Assembly (NCBI GenBank): GCA_030324005.1
Contig: JARDVH010000001.1
Location: forward strand, 91,780,276 to 91,844,275
From: Negaprion brevirostris
Lineage: Eukaryota
Length of the DNA: 64,000 nt
Direction of reading: 5' to 3'
Shown here: positions 11,513 through 23,200 of the stretch, in pieces
Position numbering within the stretch: the stretch's first letter is position 1
Layout of the letters: every line of letters starts with the position of its first letter
Notes under the pieces: generated by a model
The model's input: only the letters and a program-made list of their open reading frames with translations
What the model was told of the DNA's origin: nothing
The model's database searches: none
Translations under genes and position numbers: made by a program

Positions 11513-14500
11513 GTAAGGGACAACTTATCTCAGATGTGGTATATTTATGTAAAGAGATCTTGGAGAAAACTTTGGAGGGAAAGTGTAGCTGCCATTTGAG
11601 AGAATTTAATTCCTCAAAATTTCAAGACCAGTACTTCATACTAGATCACTGAGTTTTGTCATGATATTCAGTACTATGAAAAATTAACTGAGATAACTTA
11701 TTCGCTTCGTATTTATGTAATACTTTGCTTGGTATAGTATTTTTGTTCCATGCCTGAGAAAGAAAAGGACAAAATCAATATGCCTTATGAATCACAGTTT
11801 GGTTTCGTTGAAGCTGACATAAATGTAACGAAGCAGTCGGCTGTGATTTTTTAAAAAAAATAACGTTTGTGTCATTCGTCTCTCAGCTGCTAATTGCTTA
11901 TTTGAAAACCAAGTTCAAATATTGACAAGGTAGAGATTAATCTGAATAGAATTGATACAAGATTATGTTTTTGTTGTGGCACAAGCTTGCAAACCATTTA
12001 ACAAGCTATAACTATCTTTGAAGCCTGGCTCTGAAGTTTTATGTTGCATTCCAATTATCATGTTTTGTGCATCAGTAAAGTTGAATATTTAAATAGTGTA
12101 ATGTATTGTTATTAATCTTTATAATTTTTCTGCTACTTGATATTTTTTAAGTCTCGTCCCCAAGTGGGTTATTAATTTAGAGATTATATTTTGGCCATAT
12201 TCCAGTTTGTTTTATTGTATGGAATTTATCATCTTTGTGCAAATCATATAATAACATGTATCTAATTTAAACACCATTGTGAATATATCTTGTTTAAAGT
12301 CTCTGTACAGTCTGTACTGTGATTAATGTCTAGTTAATGTTACTCAGGTAAATTAAGCTAGATAAATGTCAACAGATAAATAGGTATTTAACTATTTTAT
12401 GTTTTATTATATTTGCATTGCCCATTGTAGTTCTCTGTGCTTACAAAACTTAAGCCATTTTTTAAAAAAAGGCAAAATAATAACATACAAAGATAAAATT
12501 TATGTAAATTCTGATTTTCTTCCAGCAAATTAAGCAGAAATGTATTGGTTTATGTAATCTTTATGATATTACTCATTAATCACCTATGTGTGTAATTAAT
12601 TTGATAGTTTGCTGTAGGTCCCAAGTCACCCAATAGGAAAAAGCTTAATCTCCGCTGAATATTTCTGGACAGGGAGGTTGTTAGTTGGGTAAAACATATA
12701 ACCTTGTTTCAGTTGTGTTTGGCACCCTTTCTTTGTTTTGCTGCAATAATGATCATTTATCTTTCTGTTTCATGGTGTCCACCAGCTGGAGAATAGAGCT
12801 AAAACTTTATGTGCACTGAGCGTCTGCCCAGACTTTGATTGTACTCAGAAATTATGCAGGTTTGAAAATTCTTAATTGCCACATTAGGCCAGCAACAGTC
12901 TAACAGTTATGTTGTTGTGTCACCAAAGTTCCTCAGCTTGTGAAATGAGATGCAGCTCATAGACTGAAAGGAAAGCTGGAACATTTACAAAGGTTAATTT
13001 CATCCATCCACTTGGAAATAATTTGTTATACGTCTCTAGATTTAACAAGCAATGTTGAAATACTGACAGATGTTAAATAAAGCCTCTTTGACAATGCCCT
13101 GCAACTTAGAAGATTGTGCTCAAAGTCTTGAATGCAGAGCTATAATGCACAACAGTTAGACATTAATGTAATTATATTTCTATTTCTGTATGTTATCACA
13201 TAATCCTGGAACTGTTTTGTTCTTTTTGGCAGTTGTGATCATAGTCTAAATGACGCAAAAATCTTTGCAGAAACAAAAATATTTCTATGAACAAATCAAA
13301 AAAACAACTGTAGTTCAAACACTGAGTGCTTTTCATTTCATGGCAGTTTCCCTTTAAACAGCCAATCTGTTTATAGCGAAAATATTAATAACAAGAGCTG
13401 AAAATGTGATAATGCAGCTTCATTTTTTTTGACATTTTTCGAATATGTCACCTCGGCCCAGTCGAAACATTGAATTAATAATTGCAGCTTCTTCACACAA
13501 TCTGTGTGCCTGTTGGCATTGCAAATGTGATAATCAAAAAACACATAGGTTTATAGCAAATTTTGATGGAGAAATATTTAAATGAATATTTATAGAGAAT
13601 GAGTTTCAATGAATAAATAACATTTGCTCCTTTTAATAATGAATGTATTCATCTCTGAGGTAGATGTTTGTATTTCATAATATTGACATTTCTATAATGG
13701 AATAGATTTACATTTTTAAAAAAATCATCTTGAGATGAAATTTGGCAAACATTTACAATGGCAATCATTTTCTAAAAGGTGGAAAGTATTTATCTTGTTT
13801 AAGGATGCAGCGCAGGATTGAAACTGAATTTTACTTCATTATTCAACTTGGGATCTAATAAGCACACATTTTATATTAGTAACCAACATAATCAAAGATT
13901 AAGGAAACTTCCTTGAATTTTAAAGAGGCATGCTTTCCATGAAAAATGCTCACAAACCTTGTTTTCATTTGTGTATAAACACACAAGATAATGCTTTAAT
14001 TAATATCAACATATCATTAAAACATCACGAGCGTCATATGTCTAGCTTTCACGGCTGCTTTGCACCTTTAGATTTTAAAAAAAGTTGCCAATTTCTTTAT
14101 TCATGGGCGAGAGCACTCCCCCTTAACAATAGGTATAAAAAAATGGCCTGCTGCTTCCTCACAGATCAGCATAATTTGGCGTCAAAATGTTTCCCAGTTT
14201 GATAACACAGTTTCCATTGTGTTTGTTTAATAGTGAGGTATGAATTCTTGCAATAAGCCTTGCTAGAAACTTGTGGTTTTCCCAATGAGAACATGTGATA
14301 GTGATCTTTAATCCTGTGACCTGTTTTTGACCAGATATTTTTAATTAAGAATTTCTGAAACAGATGTGATTGGATAATAGATATTTAGTCAAATTGGTTC
14401 TTAACGTCACTTGCAGAATCCCAGTAATGCCAGCTTGTATCTTGGGAGTACAGACCCTCCCTTGCTGTCTGTCATGGCATTCTGGCACAAAACTACATTA

Positions 14501-14802
14501 AAAAGTAAATACCACTCAAAGTAGGAGGGGGGAACTTTTCAGCTGTTGGTTGCTGTTGACTCATCAGAAAAACATAGGTGGATCACCTCAGATCCCCATT
14601 AATGCCTGAGGAACACGTAATTGAATTTTCTGGTCTTCCTATATTTTGTCAACAAGGCAGTTTAAGCATGGAAATCAGAATCTACATCAGTGGTAGGACC
14701 CCAGTTTAAATTTTCAGCAAAAAAAAGTCAAATTTCACAAGATACACCCACCTGATCCATTTACACCTGGCACTGACTAGCTTAACCAGAAGCCACACAC
14801 TG

Positions 14803-14885
14803 GGGTGACCAGCTGTTCCATATTTTATGGGATTGTCCTGTATTTCTAACCTTTGTCCTGTGTCCCTTTTTGGACAGGGAGTACA
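14803..14885 (+). mobile_element. hAT (Tip100-like) terminal relic
   Basis: ggggtgaccagctgttccatattttatgggattgtcctgtattt resembles AGGGTGACCA...GGGACAGTCC hAT termini. Confidence 0.4.
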
Positions 14886-14914
14886 AAATTTATGCCCAAC
14901 CTGAATCATTAACT

Positions 14915-15205
14915 ACTGCCTGGGGGAAGAGAGGGTTAATTATAGAATGGAAGAGGAGGTTAATTATTACAAGTTGGGAAGAAGGGGTTAATTGCAAAGG
15001 GGGAAAAGAGAGGGTGTTAATTACTGTCTGGGGAGAGAGAGGGTTAATTGTGAAATGGGGAGGGAGAGGACGTTAATTTCTGTGTGAGGAGAGGGGGTTA
15101 ATTACAGATGGAAAAACGGGTGTTAATTGCTGTGTGTGAGGAGAGGGGGTGAGAGCGGTTAATTACTGCATGTGTGGGGGGACGGAAAACATGGGTTAAC
15201 TATTG
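14915..15205. repeat. Degenerate purine-rich minisatellite with conserved GTTAATT core
   Basis: Nine GTTAATT copies plus one GTTAACT, spaced ~23-38 bp, separated by G/A-rich variable spacers. Confidence 0.75.
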
Positions 15206-15589
15206 CGTTGCTGCCTTTGTGTCTTTTCGCTGTGAATATAGGCTTACAAAACCATGCTGGAAGCAAAAGAACATGCAGGGAGAAAGTGGGAATGTGGGAT
15301 TGAAGGTGTACATACAATTGTTCCTCTGTGAGCCTCCTCCCCACTGCATTCTTTCCTCCCCCACCCCAGCTCCAATCCTCCCACCCCCACTGACAAATCC
15401 TCCACCAAACCTGACCTGCCTGGCTCAACATGAAAGTTTCCCAATATGTTACCTTGCTGCTTCTGGCAAACTGGAATTAAACACAAACCTTGTTCCTGCT
15501 GGTAGTCTGTAAATGAGGCCTAATCCTCAAGATTACTTCAATGATATTCATTGCATCAGTTTTGTGCAGAAGTTAAAGATTTCTTCTTT

Positions 15590-16170
15590 TGTTTACAGGC
15601 ATTGTTGGTTAGGTCAGTATTTATAGAACATATCTAATTGCCCTCAAGGGGGTAGTGATGAGCTGTCCCCTTGAACTGCTGCAGTCCATGTGGGGTNNNN
15701 NNNNNNNNNNNNNNNTAGGGAGAGAGTTCCAAGATTTTGACCAGTGACAGTGAAGGAATGGCGATATTATATTTCCAAGTCAGGAGTGAGTGGCTTGGAT
15801 TGGAACTTCCAGGTGGTGGTGTTCCCATGTATCTGCTGCCATTTCCCTTCTGGATAGTAGTGGTTGTGAGTTTGGAAGATACTGTCTAAAGAGTCTTGGT
15901 GGGTCCATGCAATGCATCTTGCAGATGTTACACACTGCTGCCACGATGCATCGGTGTTGGAACGATGAAATGTTTATGGATGGGTTGTCAATCAAGTAGG
16001 CAGCTTCATCTTGGATGGTGTCAAGCTTCTTGAGTATTGTTGGAACTGCACTCATCCAGTCAAGAAGAGGTATTCCATCACACTCCTGGCTTGTGCCTTG
16101 TTGATGGTGGATAGGCTTTGATATCTCAGAAGGTGCCACTGGATTTCTTGCCTCTGACCTGCTCTTGTGA
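15590..16170 (-). mobile_element. 3' fragment of the same LINE family as 4930-8160
   Basis: WMSAVPTILKKLDTIQDEAAYLI...HRCIVAAVCNICKMHC; collinear with 4950-5480. Confidence 0.8.
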
Positions 16171-16257
16171 GTTTCAAATAGGATTCAGTAGGTTTGTTAT
16201 TGATCTCATCCTCATTGAATTTCAGTTCCAATTCCTTTTTGGCTCTCTGACACACAG

Positions 16258-16360
16258 GCACATGTATATTTACATTTTTTATATTTATATATATAAATGT
16301 GTATACATGTACATGTGTGTGTATATATGCATATGTGTATATATACATTTGCGCATATGG
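16258..16360. repeat. (TA/TG/CA)n low-complexity microsatellite
   Basis: Alternating purine-pyrimidine run catgtatatttac...gtatatatacatttgcgcatatg. Confidence 0.7.
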
Positions 16361-16649
16361 ACAGGTATTATCTCTTTTTGTTTCTCAGACTCATATTGTG
16401 CAGATTCTGCTTTTTCATTTACTTAAAATTAATTAGTTTTGCTATAAGCTGGTTTGAAGATGTGTCTTTATTGAACTAGCTGTTAAGAGAACTCTGTAGC
16501 TGACTAACCTTTTGCTCTGCACAGTCTACTTACAACTGTATTGCCAAGAGCAGCGAACCTGTTGAGGCATTGCTTATTCAATGATCCTCATTGTTATACC
16601 ACAGTTGATTGGACTCACATTTTGTAATCTGAAATGTGAATTATGTATG

Positions 16650-16935
16650 TTATCAGCTTTGCCTCTGTTCACATCTTTGTTTCTGAGTCAGAGGATCTTA
16701 TGTTCAAGTTCTGCACAAGAGAATGGAATTTAAAATCGAGACTGATACTTCAAGGTAATCCAGAGTGTGTGCTGTTGGAGTTCTATCTTTCAAAGGAGGT
16801 ATTAAACCAAGAACTCTCCTACCTTCGGCTCAATTTAAAAGATCCCATTGTACTATTCATGGGAGAACAGGAAAGTTTTCCCACTGTTCTGTCCAATATT
16901 TATCATTCAATCCACACCACTAAGAACAGATTAGG
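16650..16935 (+). mobile_element. Deu-domain SINE (SacSINE1/AmnSINE1-like), decayed
   Basis: tctgagtcagag...gttcaagt head, then aaaagatcccattgtactatt...ccaatatttatcattcaatc...cactaagaacagatta matching the recalled Deu-domain consensus. Confidence 0.6.
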
Positions 16936-16997
16936 CATGCAATTCATGTTCTCTAACTGTGAGCCAAATTATTAAAATACAATATTTTTCTATCCAA

Positions 16998-17481
16998 GTA
17001 AAAGCAAAATACTGTGATGCTGAAAATGGGAAATAAAATCCCAAAATGATGGACACAGTTAGCAAGTGTGGCAGCATTTGTGAAGAGGGAATATAGTTAA
17101 CATTTCAAATCCATATGATCTTTCTACAAAGCTGAAGCAGGATAGAAATGTAATGAATTATATACTTGGATGTGGGGGAGTGGGTAGGGGGGAAATGTAC
17201 AGGAGACCACATTGGGAACAGCAAATACAGTCGATCAAGATAAAGGATGTGGAAGTGAAATGCTGCCTCACCTGAAAAGAGTGTTTAGATTTTTTAGACT
17301 GTGGTTGTGGGGGTGGGGGTGAAGTGAAAGGGGTGTCATCATGCTGGCATTGGTGAAAATCGTGAAGGATAACCCTTTGAGTGTGGAAGTTGACGGGAGG
17401 ACAGTGAGGACAAGAGGGACCCTGTCATGGCTCTGTCAAGCAGAGGTGCGGCAGATGGTTTGGATGTGGCTGAGTGCCCTG
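16998..17481 (-). mobile_element. Penelope-like element remnant (terminal repeat plus coding relic)
   Basis: Minus strand of 17340-17430 reads DRVPLVLT / HTQRVILHDFHQCQHD, resembling the PLE RT-to-GIY-YIG linker. Terminal aaaagcaaaatactg...gatgctg motif is shared with 34486 and 60350. Confidence 0.6.
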
Positions 17482-18027
17482 NNNNNNNNNNNNNNNNNNN
17501 NNNNNNNNNNNNNNNNNNNNNNNNNNNNNNNNNNNNNNNNNNNNNNNNNNNNNNNNNNNNNNNNNNNNNNNNNNNNNNNNNNNNNNNNNNNNNNNNNNNN
17601 NNNNNNNNNNNNNNNNNNNNNNNNNNNNNNNNNNNNNNNNNNNNNNNNNNNNNNNNNNNNNNNNNNNNNNNNNNNNNNNNNNNNNNNNNNNNNNNNNNNN
17701 NNNNNNNNNNNNNNNNNNNNNNNNNNNNNNNNNNNNNNNNNNNNNNNNNNNNNNNNNNNNNNNNNNNNNNNNNNNNNNNNNNNNNNNNNNNNNNNNNNNN
17801 NNNNNNNNNNNNNNNNNNNNNNNNNNNNNNNNNNNNNNNNNNNNNNNNNNNNNNNNNNNNNNNNNNNNNNNNNNNNNNNNNNNNNNNNNNNNNNNNNNNN
17901 NNNNNNNNNNNNNNNNNNNNNNNNNNNNNNNNNNNNNNNNNNNNNNNNNNNNNNNNNNNNNNNNNNNNNNNNNNNNNNNNNNNNNNNNNNNNNNNNNNNN
18001 NNNNNNNNNNNNNNNNNNNNNNNNNNN

Positions 18028-18240
18028 CACGTTATGATACAACCAGAAAGAATGCTTTCTATAGTACAATAATAAAAGTTGGTGAGAGTCGTAGCTGACA
18101 TGCCAAATTTCCGTAATCTTCTGAGAAAGTCGAGATGTTGGTGGGCTTTCTTAACAATAATGTCGGCATGGGGGAACCAAGACAGGTTGTTGATGATCTG
18201 AGCACCTGAAAACTTGAAGCTTTCAACCATTCCTCCTTCA
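18028..18240 (-). mobile_element. Rex1/Babar-type LINE RT C-terminal fragment
   Basis: KKAHQHLDFLRRLRKFGMSATTLTNFYYCTIESILSGCI motif. Confidence 0.8.
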
Positions 18241-18896
18241 GCCATTATACATTTCAGAAGTAATTGACTGTAAGATTCTTTTGGACATACTATGGTCACA
18301 AAAGATGCGATGTAACTGCATTTTTTTTTCTGTTTANNNNNNNNNNTTTGGTTACTGTAGGTAGCATTGTTTTAAACTGCCTCAGTTTATATTGAATATG
18401 TTAAATTTCAGCCAGATTTTCAGATGCATTCCATCAACATTAAAATAATCTTACATGTCATTTTCAGTGAAAGTTGCTAGTTCCAAAAAGTAAATCTGAT
18501 ATTGCCAGAATGTAACCTTGCCCTCCTTGTTAAAATCAGATCTGATTATTGAGGACAAAATGTTTGTCCTTCAGTTCTGCTTAGGTGCCTTGGCTGTGCT
18601 GCAAAGGTTGCAGTCTGGTGTTAAAATGAAAGATTTTGCAGATAAAACTTTAATATCCACTCATTTGTTCCCTTTGCGGTTTTAGAATGATTTTAACAGC
18701 CATGTACAAAAACGTGTTAAGAAAGCAAATGAAATTAGTAATTGGTCATAATTTTTCTATTTATTAAAGATTCTGGAATTGACCGGCACTTATAAAGAAA
18801 ATTTCTTGGGCTTTGCCCAGTGAAATGTGTTCTCCTGCTTGTGATGCTTTGGCTACATGTATGGGGCAAGCTTTTCTCTGGCATAGCTTCGCTTCT

Positions 18897-19168
18897 GGGT
18901 GGTGTGATGGCATAATGGTTAGCACTGCTGCCTCACAATGCTAGAAACCTAGGTTCAATTCTAACCTTGGGTCATCGTCTGTGTGGAGTTTGCATGTTCT
19001 GCCTGTGTCTGCGTAGGTTTCCTCTGGATGCTCAGGTTTTCTCTCACAGTCCAAAGATGTACAGGTTAGGTGGATTGACCATGGTAAATTGCTCCTTAGT
19101 GTCAGGAGGACTAGCAGGGTAAATATGTGGGCCAAATGGCTTCCTGCACTGTAGGATCCTATGATTCT
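18897..19168 (+). mobile_element. HE1-like tRNA-derived V-SINE
   Basis: A box (tggcataatgg), B box (ggttcaattct), V-domain (gtggagtttgcatgttct...tccaaagatgt...ttaggtggattg), CR1-type tail gggccaaatggc...ctatgattct. Confidence 0.85.
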
Positions 19169-19249
19169 TTCGAGTTGTATTTCCTAAGAGTGGCAATGAT
19201 CTCCGTTCTGAGGGTAAAAATTATCATCATAGAATAGTTACAGAACAGA

Positions 19250-19630
19250 AGACCCTTGTCAGGCCTCATTTAGAGTATTATGTGCAGTTCTGGTCGCCTC
19301 ACTATAGGAAAGATGTAGAAGCTATTGAGAGGGTACAGAGGAGATTTACAAGGATGTNNNNNNNNNNNNNNNNNNNNNNNNNNNNNNNNNNNNNNNNNNN
19401 NNNNNNNNNNNNNNNNNNNNNNNNNNNNNNNNNNNNNNNNNNNNNNNNNNNNNNNNNGTCAGTGGTGGTGGAGGCGAACTCGCTGGGGTCTTTTAAAAGA
19501 CTTCTGGATGAGTATATGGGGTTTAATGAGATTGGGGGTTATAGATAGGTCTGTAGGTTGGTAGGTGTTGATGTGATCGGTGCAACTCGTGGGCTGAAGG
19601 GCCTGTTTGTGCTGTTGTGTTCTATGTTCT
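19250..19630 (+). mobile_element. CR1 RT 3' fragment (gapped)
   Basis: RPHLEYYVQFWSPHYRKDVEAIERVQRRFTRM; tail ttctatgttcta. Confidence 0.85.
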
Positions 19631-19950
19631 AGAAGGAGGCCATTCAGCCCACCGTGTCCATGCCAGCTCTGTGAAAGAGCAACTCAGGAGTCCTGCTCTC
19701 CCAACTTTTCCCATGCCTTCAATTTTTTTCTCTTTATATCATGATCTAATTCCCTTCTGAAAACCACTACACTCTCAGACCATTCATTCCAGATCCCAAC
19801 CCATTGCTGCATTTTTAAAAAAAAACTGGTTTCTCATTTCTCCTCTGGTTCTTTTGCCACTCATCTTAAATCTGTGTCCTCTGGCTATTGATACTTCTGT
19901 CAATGGGAACAATTTCCTACTAGTTATGCTGAAGATCTGTCCTGGCTTTG

Positions 19951-20236
19951 AAAAATAAAAGTTTATTTATTAATCACAAGTAAGGCTTACATTAACACTG
20001 CAATGAAGTTACTGTGAAATTCCCCTAGTCACCACATTCCAGCGCCTGTTTGGGTCAATGCACCTAACCAGCACATCTTTCAGACTGTGGGAGGAAACCG
20101 GAGCACCCGGAGGAAACCCACACGACACGGGGAGAATGTGCAAACTCCACACAGACGGTGACCCAAGCCGGGACTCAAACCCAGGTCCCTGGAGCTGTGA
20201 GTCAGCAGTGCTAACCACTGTGCCATCGTGCTGCCC
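19951..20236 (-). mobile_element. HE1-like V-SINE with an alternative 3' tail, inserted in a minus-strand CR1 relic (about 19630-20460)
   Basis: Head and V-domain as at 18897 (B box gggtttgagtcc). Tail is ggggaatttcacagtaacttcattgcagtgttaatgtaagcc...aataaataaac. Confidence 0.85.
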
Positions 20237-23200
20237 TTACACTACTCCTCTCTCAACCTGCCCCAAAGAGAATGATCTCAACTCGGTCAATCTGTCCAAC
20301 TACATATCGCATCCCTGGAACCATTCTTACACCTTTAATGCACCCTCTCTGAAGCCCCTACATCATTTCTAAAGGTGGATTGAACACACTTCATATGAGG
20401 CTGAACTAGTTTTCTTCTAAAAAAGGTTCATATGTCTTACTCTATGCCTCTATTCATGTTGCCCATTGTAAACATAAATGGTGCTGATGTAATAATGATG
20501 TCAGGTCACTTGACTGAGAAGTAAGAGTGCTCTGGAAAGGGTTAGGCTGCTTCGTAAGTGCTTTTCACTTCCTCTTATGTAAACAATGTGGCTAGGAACA
20601 ACAGTGGGGGGGGTACTTGAAACGTGTTCATGTGAAGGGAAAGGTAAACAAACACACATGACTGGAGGCTGAGTAGAAAACCATTAAACTGTCAATCAAA
20701 GGAAAGTTGAAAGGACTAAACTGAAATTGAATGGAAACAAAGGTTTTCAAAGGATTGGAAGGTATTTCAAAGACTTTGAGCTTTCTAGGAAGGCTCAGAG
20801 ACTTCAAATGAAAGCTGTGTAAATAAAATGGGGCTGAGTGAACAGCTGTGAAAATGGAAATTTGCCTTCTCTCCCCCAACCTGGTAAAAGTGAAATTTCC
20901 TATCTGTCAGATGATTCCAAAGGGGTCTGTTCACACCTGCTGCTTCTGAGAGGGAGAGAAAGGGAAATCTCTAATGGAGAGTGGAGTGCTGTTGTGAGTT
21001 TAAAAACCTGCCTGGTGATCAGGGATCATGGAGATTAAGGTCACCAGGCCACTTCAAAGACCTCACAGATGATAGACAGGAATGAAGATGTTGCACAGAG
21101 GGCTACATGAAAAGACCATGCCAGGTGACTTTCAGGTCTGCCAGGTCTAGAAGAGGCAGTCCGGCCATGGAACCCCCATTCGTGGGGACAGTGTTGAGAT
21201 CAATCCTTTGCCTCCAATCTGCAGTACCCTTGGGAACCCTTTTCCTGCAGTTTGGCAGTAGCAGAGAGCACATGACCACTGGACCTGTATCCTTGACCCT
21301 CCCCCAGCCCCTCCTCTGAGTCCAATACAACAGGTCCATGATGGTCATTACCAGCACCAAAGCTTGTTTGTTGCATTTCCTGCTCCGGTGCTGGGTGCAT
21401 GGTGGGAGATCACTGAATGTACTATCCAGCCCATTGATTATATTACAATTAGCAGATTTGTATAGTTTTTGGGTTCCCACTTGGTCTGGGCGGGAACCTG
21501 ATTGGAACTGGCGGGACAGGTCAGATGAATACTGATTGTCTTTATGCTGGATAGGAATCCTGATATTTGGCTGGCAGGGGCTTCAGGATTCCCATGGGCC
21601 ATCTGATGGGTCTGGAGAATTTCTCCCACCCTCAATTAGTCTAGGTTTACCTACATTTTGTGTCTTTTTAACCTTTAAACTTTTGAATTCTTGAACCAGA
21701 GAGCTTTCACACCTCGAAGTCCATCTGAATTGGGTTAAATCTGTGGCTTCATCCTCATTTAATATATTCAAAATGGCAGTCTTCCACCTGGAAGTGAGTT
21801 AGCTGTCCCTTGGTAAAACCTGGAATTTGGTGATTTGGACATATTTGAAGCTTTTGCCTATTAAAGCCCCAATGCCAGCCACTCACCCGTGTCAAAATGC
21901 CCTCAGATTGTCCAGTAGAATTTGGGAATGCTGCACCTTCAACAAGTAACAATTTTTACAGGAGCTGAGGCTGGGTGGGATTTCTGTCCACTCCAATGTC
22001 TCGAGAAGTCAATGAGAGTGGAGCTAAGAGGAGGGAATGGACATTTCCTTAGTCCTGGCTTCTCTGAACAACTTGAGCAGTCTGATAAACCCAGATCAAC
22101 TTAGTGGCTGCAGGCTGACTGCTGCCTGGAAGACTCCAGAACCTATTTCTGTTCCTGTTCAGATTAATTATCCTCTGAAAGGGATATGATCTAGCCATGT
22201 GCCAATACTTATGGATGGGGTTGAGGCGGGGGGTGGTGGTGGGATAACTAATAGCTCTCCCGATTGGAGATTTGTAGACCTAATTTCCTGTCTTCCCTCC
22301 TTTGTCAAGGCCAACTTCAGTGGCACAGGACTCTGGCAGAAACTTTGAAATGGGGCGACTGCTACCCGACCCTGCAATTCCAGCTTGGTCTGCAGTGAGG
22401 TTTACTGATCTCTTTCCCATTGCAACCCTACAATGTCACGGTTGCATATTCTTTAAGCTGAGAGCACTCTGCTAGAGCTATTGACCTGATAATGTCTTCC
22501 TTTTAGAACAGTATGAAGTACACCCCTCTATTTCATTACTTGCAGATCGTTTTACTACCAAGTGATGAAACACTGCTCTAACTTGCAAAATCGATAAAGA
22601 AACTGTTTGTTGATCTTTTGCACTCTTGCAAACCACCATTGTGACTCTGGAACTAAGTTTTGAAAAGTTGATCTAACTGCAAACATAACTGCAACTGACA
22701 TGAAAGTCCACTCTGATGGCCTCAGACGTGATGCCAAATGTGCTTCAAATGTGCCAAATTTTGCATCACCAAATGGCCAAAACAGTTCAGCAGTAGTATC
22801 AAGATGCCCATTGTAATCACAGGTACTTCAGCTGTTGGTTTACAGAAAGAAAAATATCAGATTGACTAGAGGTCAATGATATGAGTTGGAGGTTATGTGT
22901 GAGAGTCATTGAAATAGAACAGGAAGAAGCTTGATTAAAAAATGATCTTCCAAAGAGGAATAACCTGCAAACACTTAGCCCCTAAAATTTCATGGGTTGC
23001 AGGCATACGATCCCAGCAACTACATTGCAGTGTTGTTTGCTGATAATCTCTGATATCAAGTAGTCGGTTTTTCATTTGCCTCTCATTTTTACTTTGGTGT
23101 TCAGACTGGACCAAGCTACTTTTCATCTTATTCCACCAATGGCTACAGTGGAAATGCTGAGAGCTTTCTAAGCCTCCGTGTATAGGCTCAGGCATGAAGG

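Noticed and set aside
11513-11652. C-terminal ~46 aa of the 79-aa ORF
   Set aside because: KChIP similarity stops exactly at the GT donor; the remainder is intronic read-through.
14915-15205. Repeat-spacer pattern resembling CRISPR
   Set aside because: 7-bp core, irregular spacing, mutually similar spacers, eukaryotic context and no cas genes.
18897-18975. tRNA-like A/B boxes here and at 20160-20236, 28080-28150, 39462-39525, 53270-53343
   Set aside because: These are SINE heads followed by SINE bodies; I see no complete cloverleaf, so they are not called tRNA genes.
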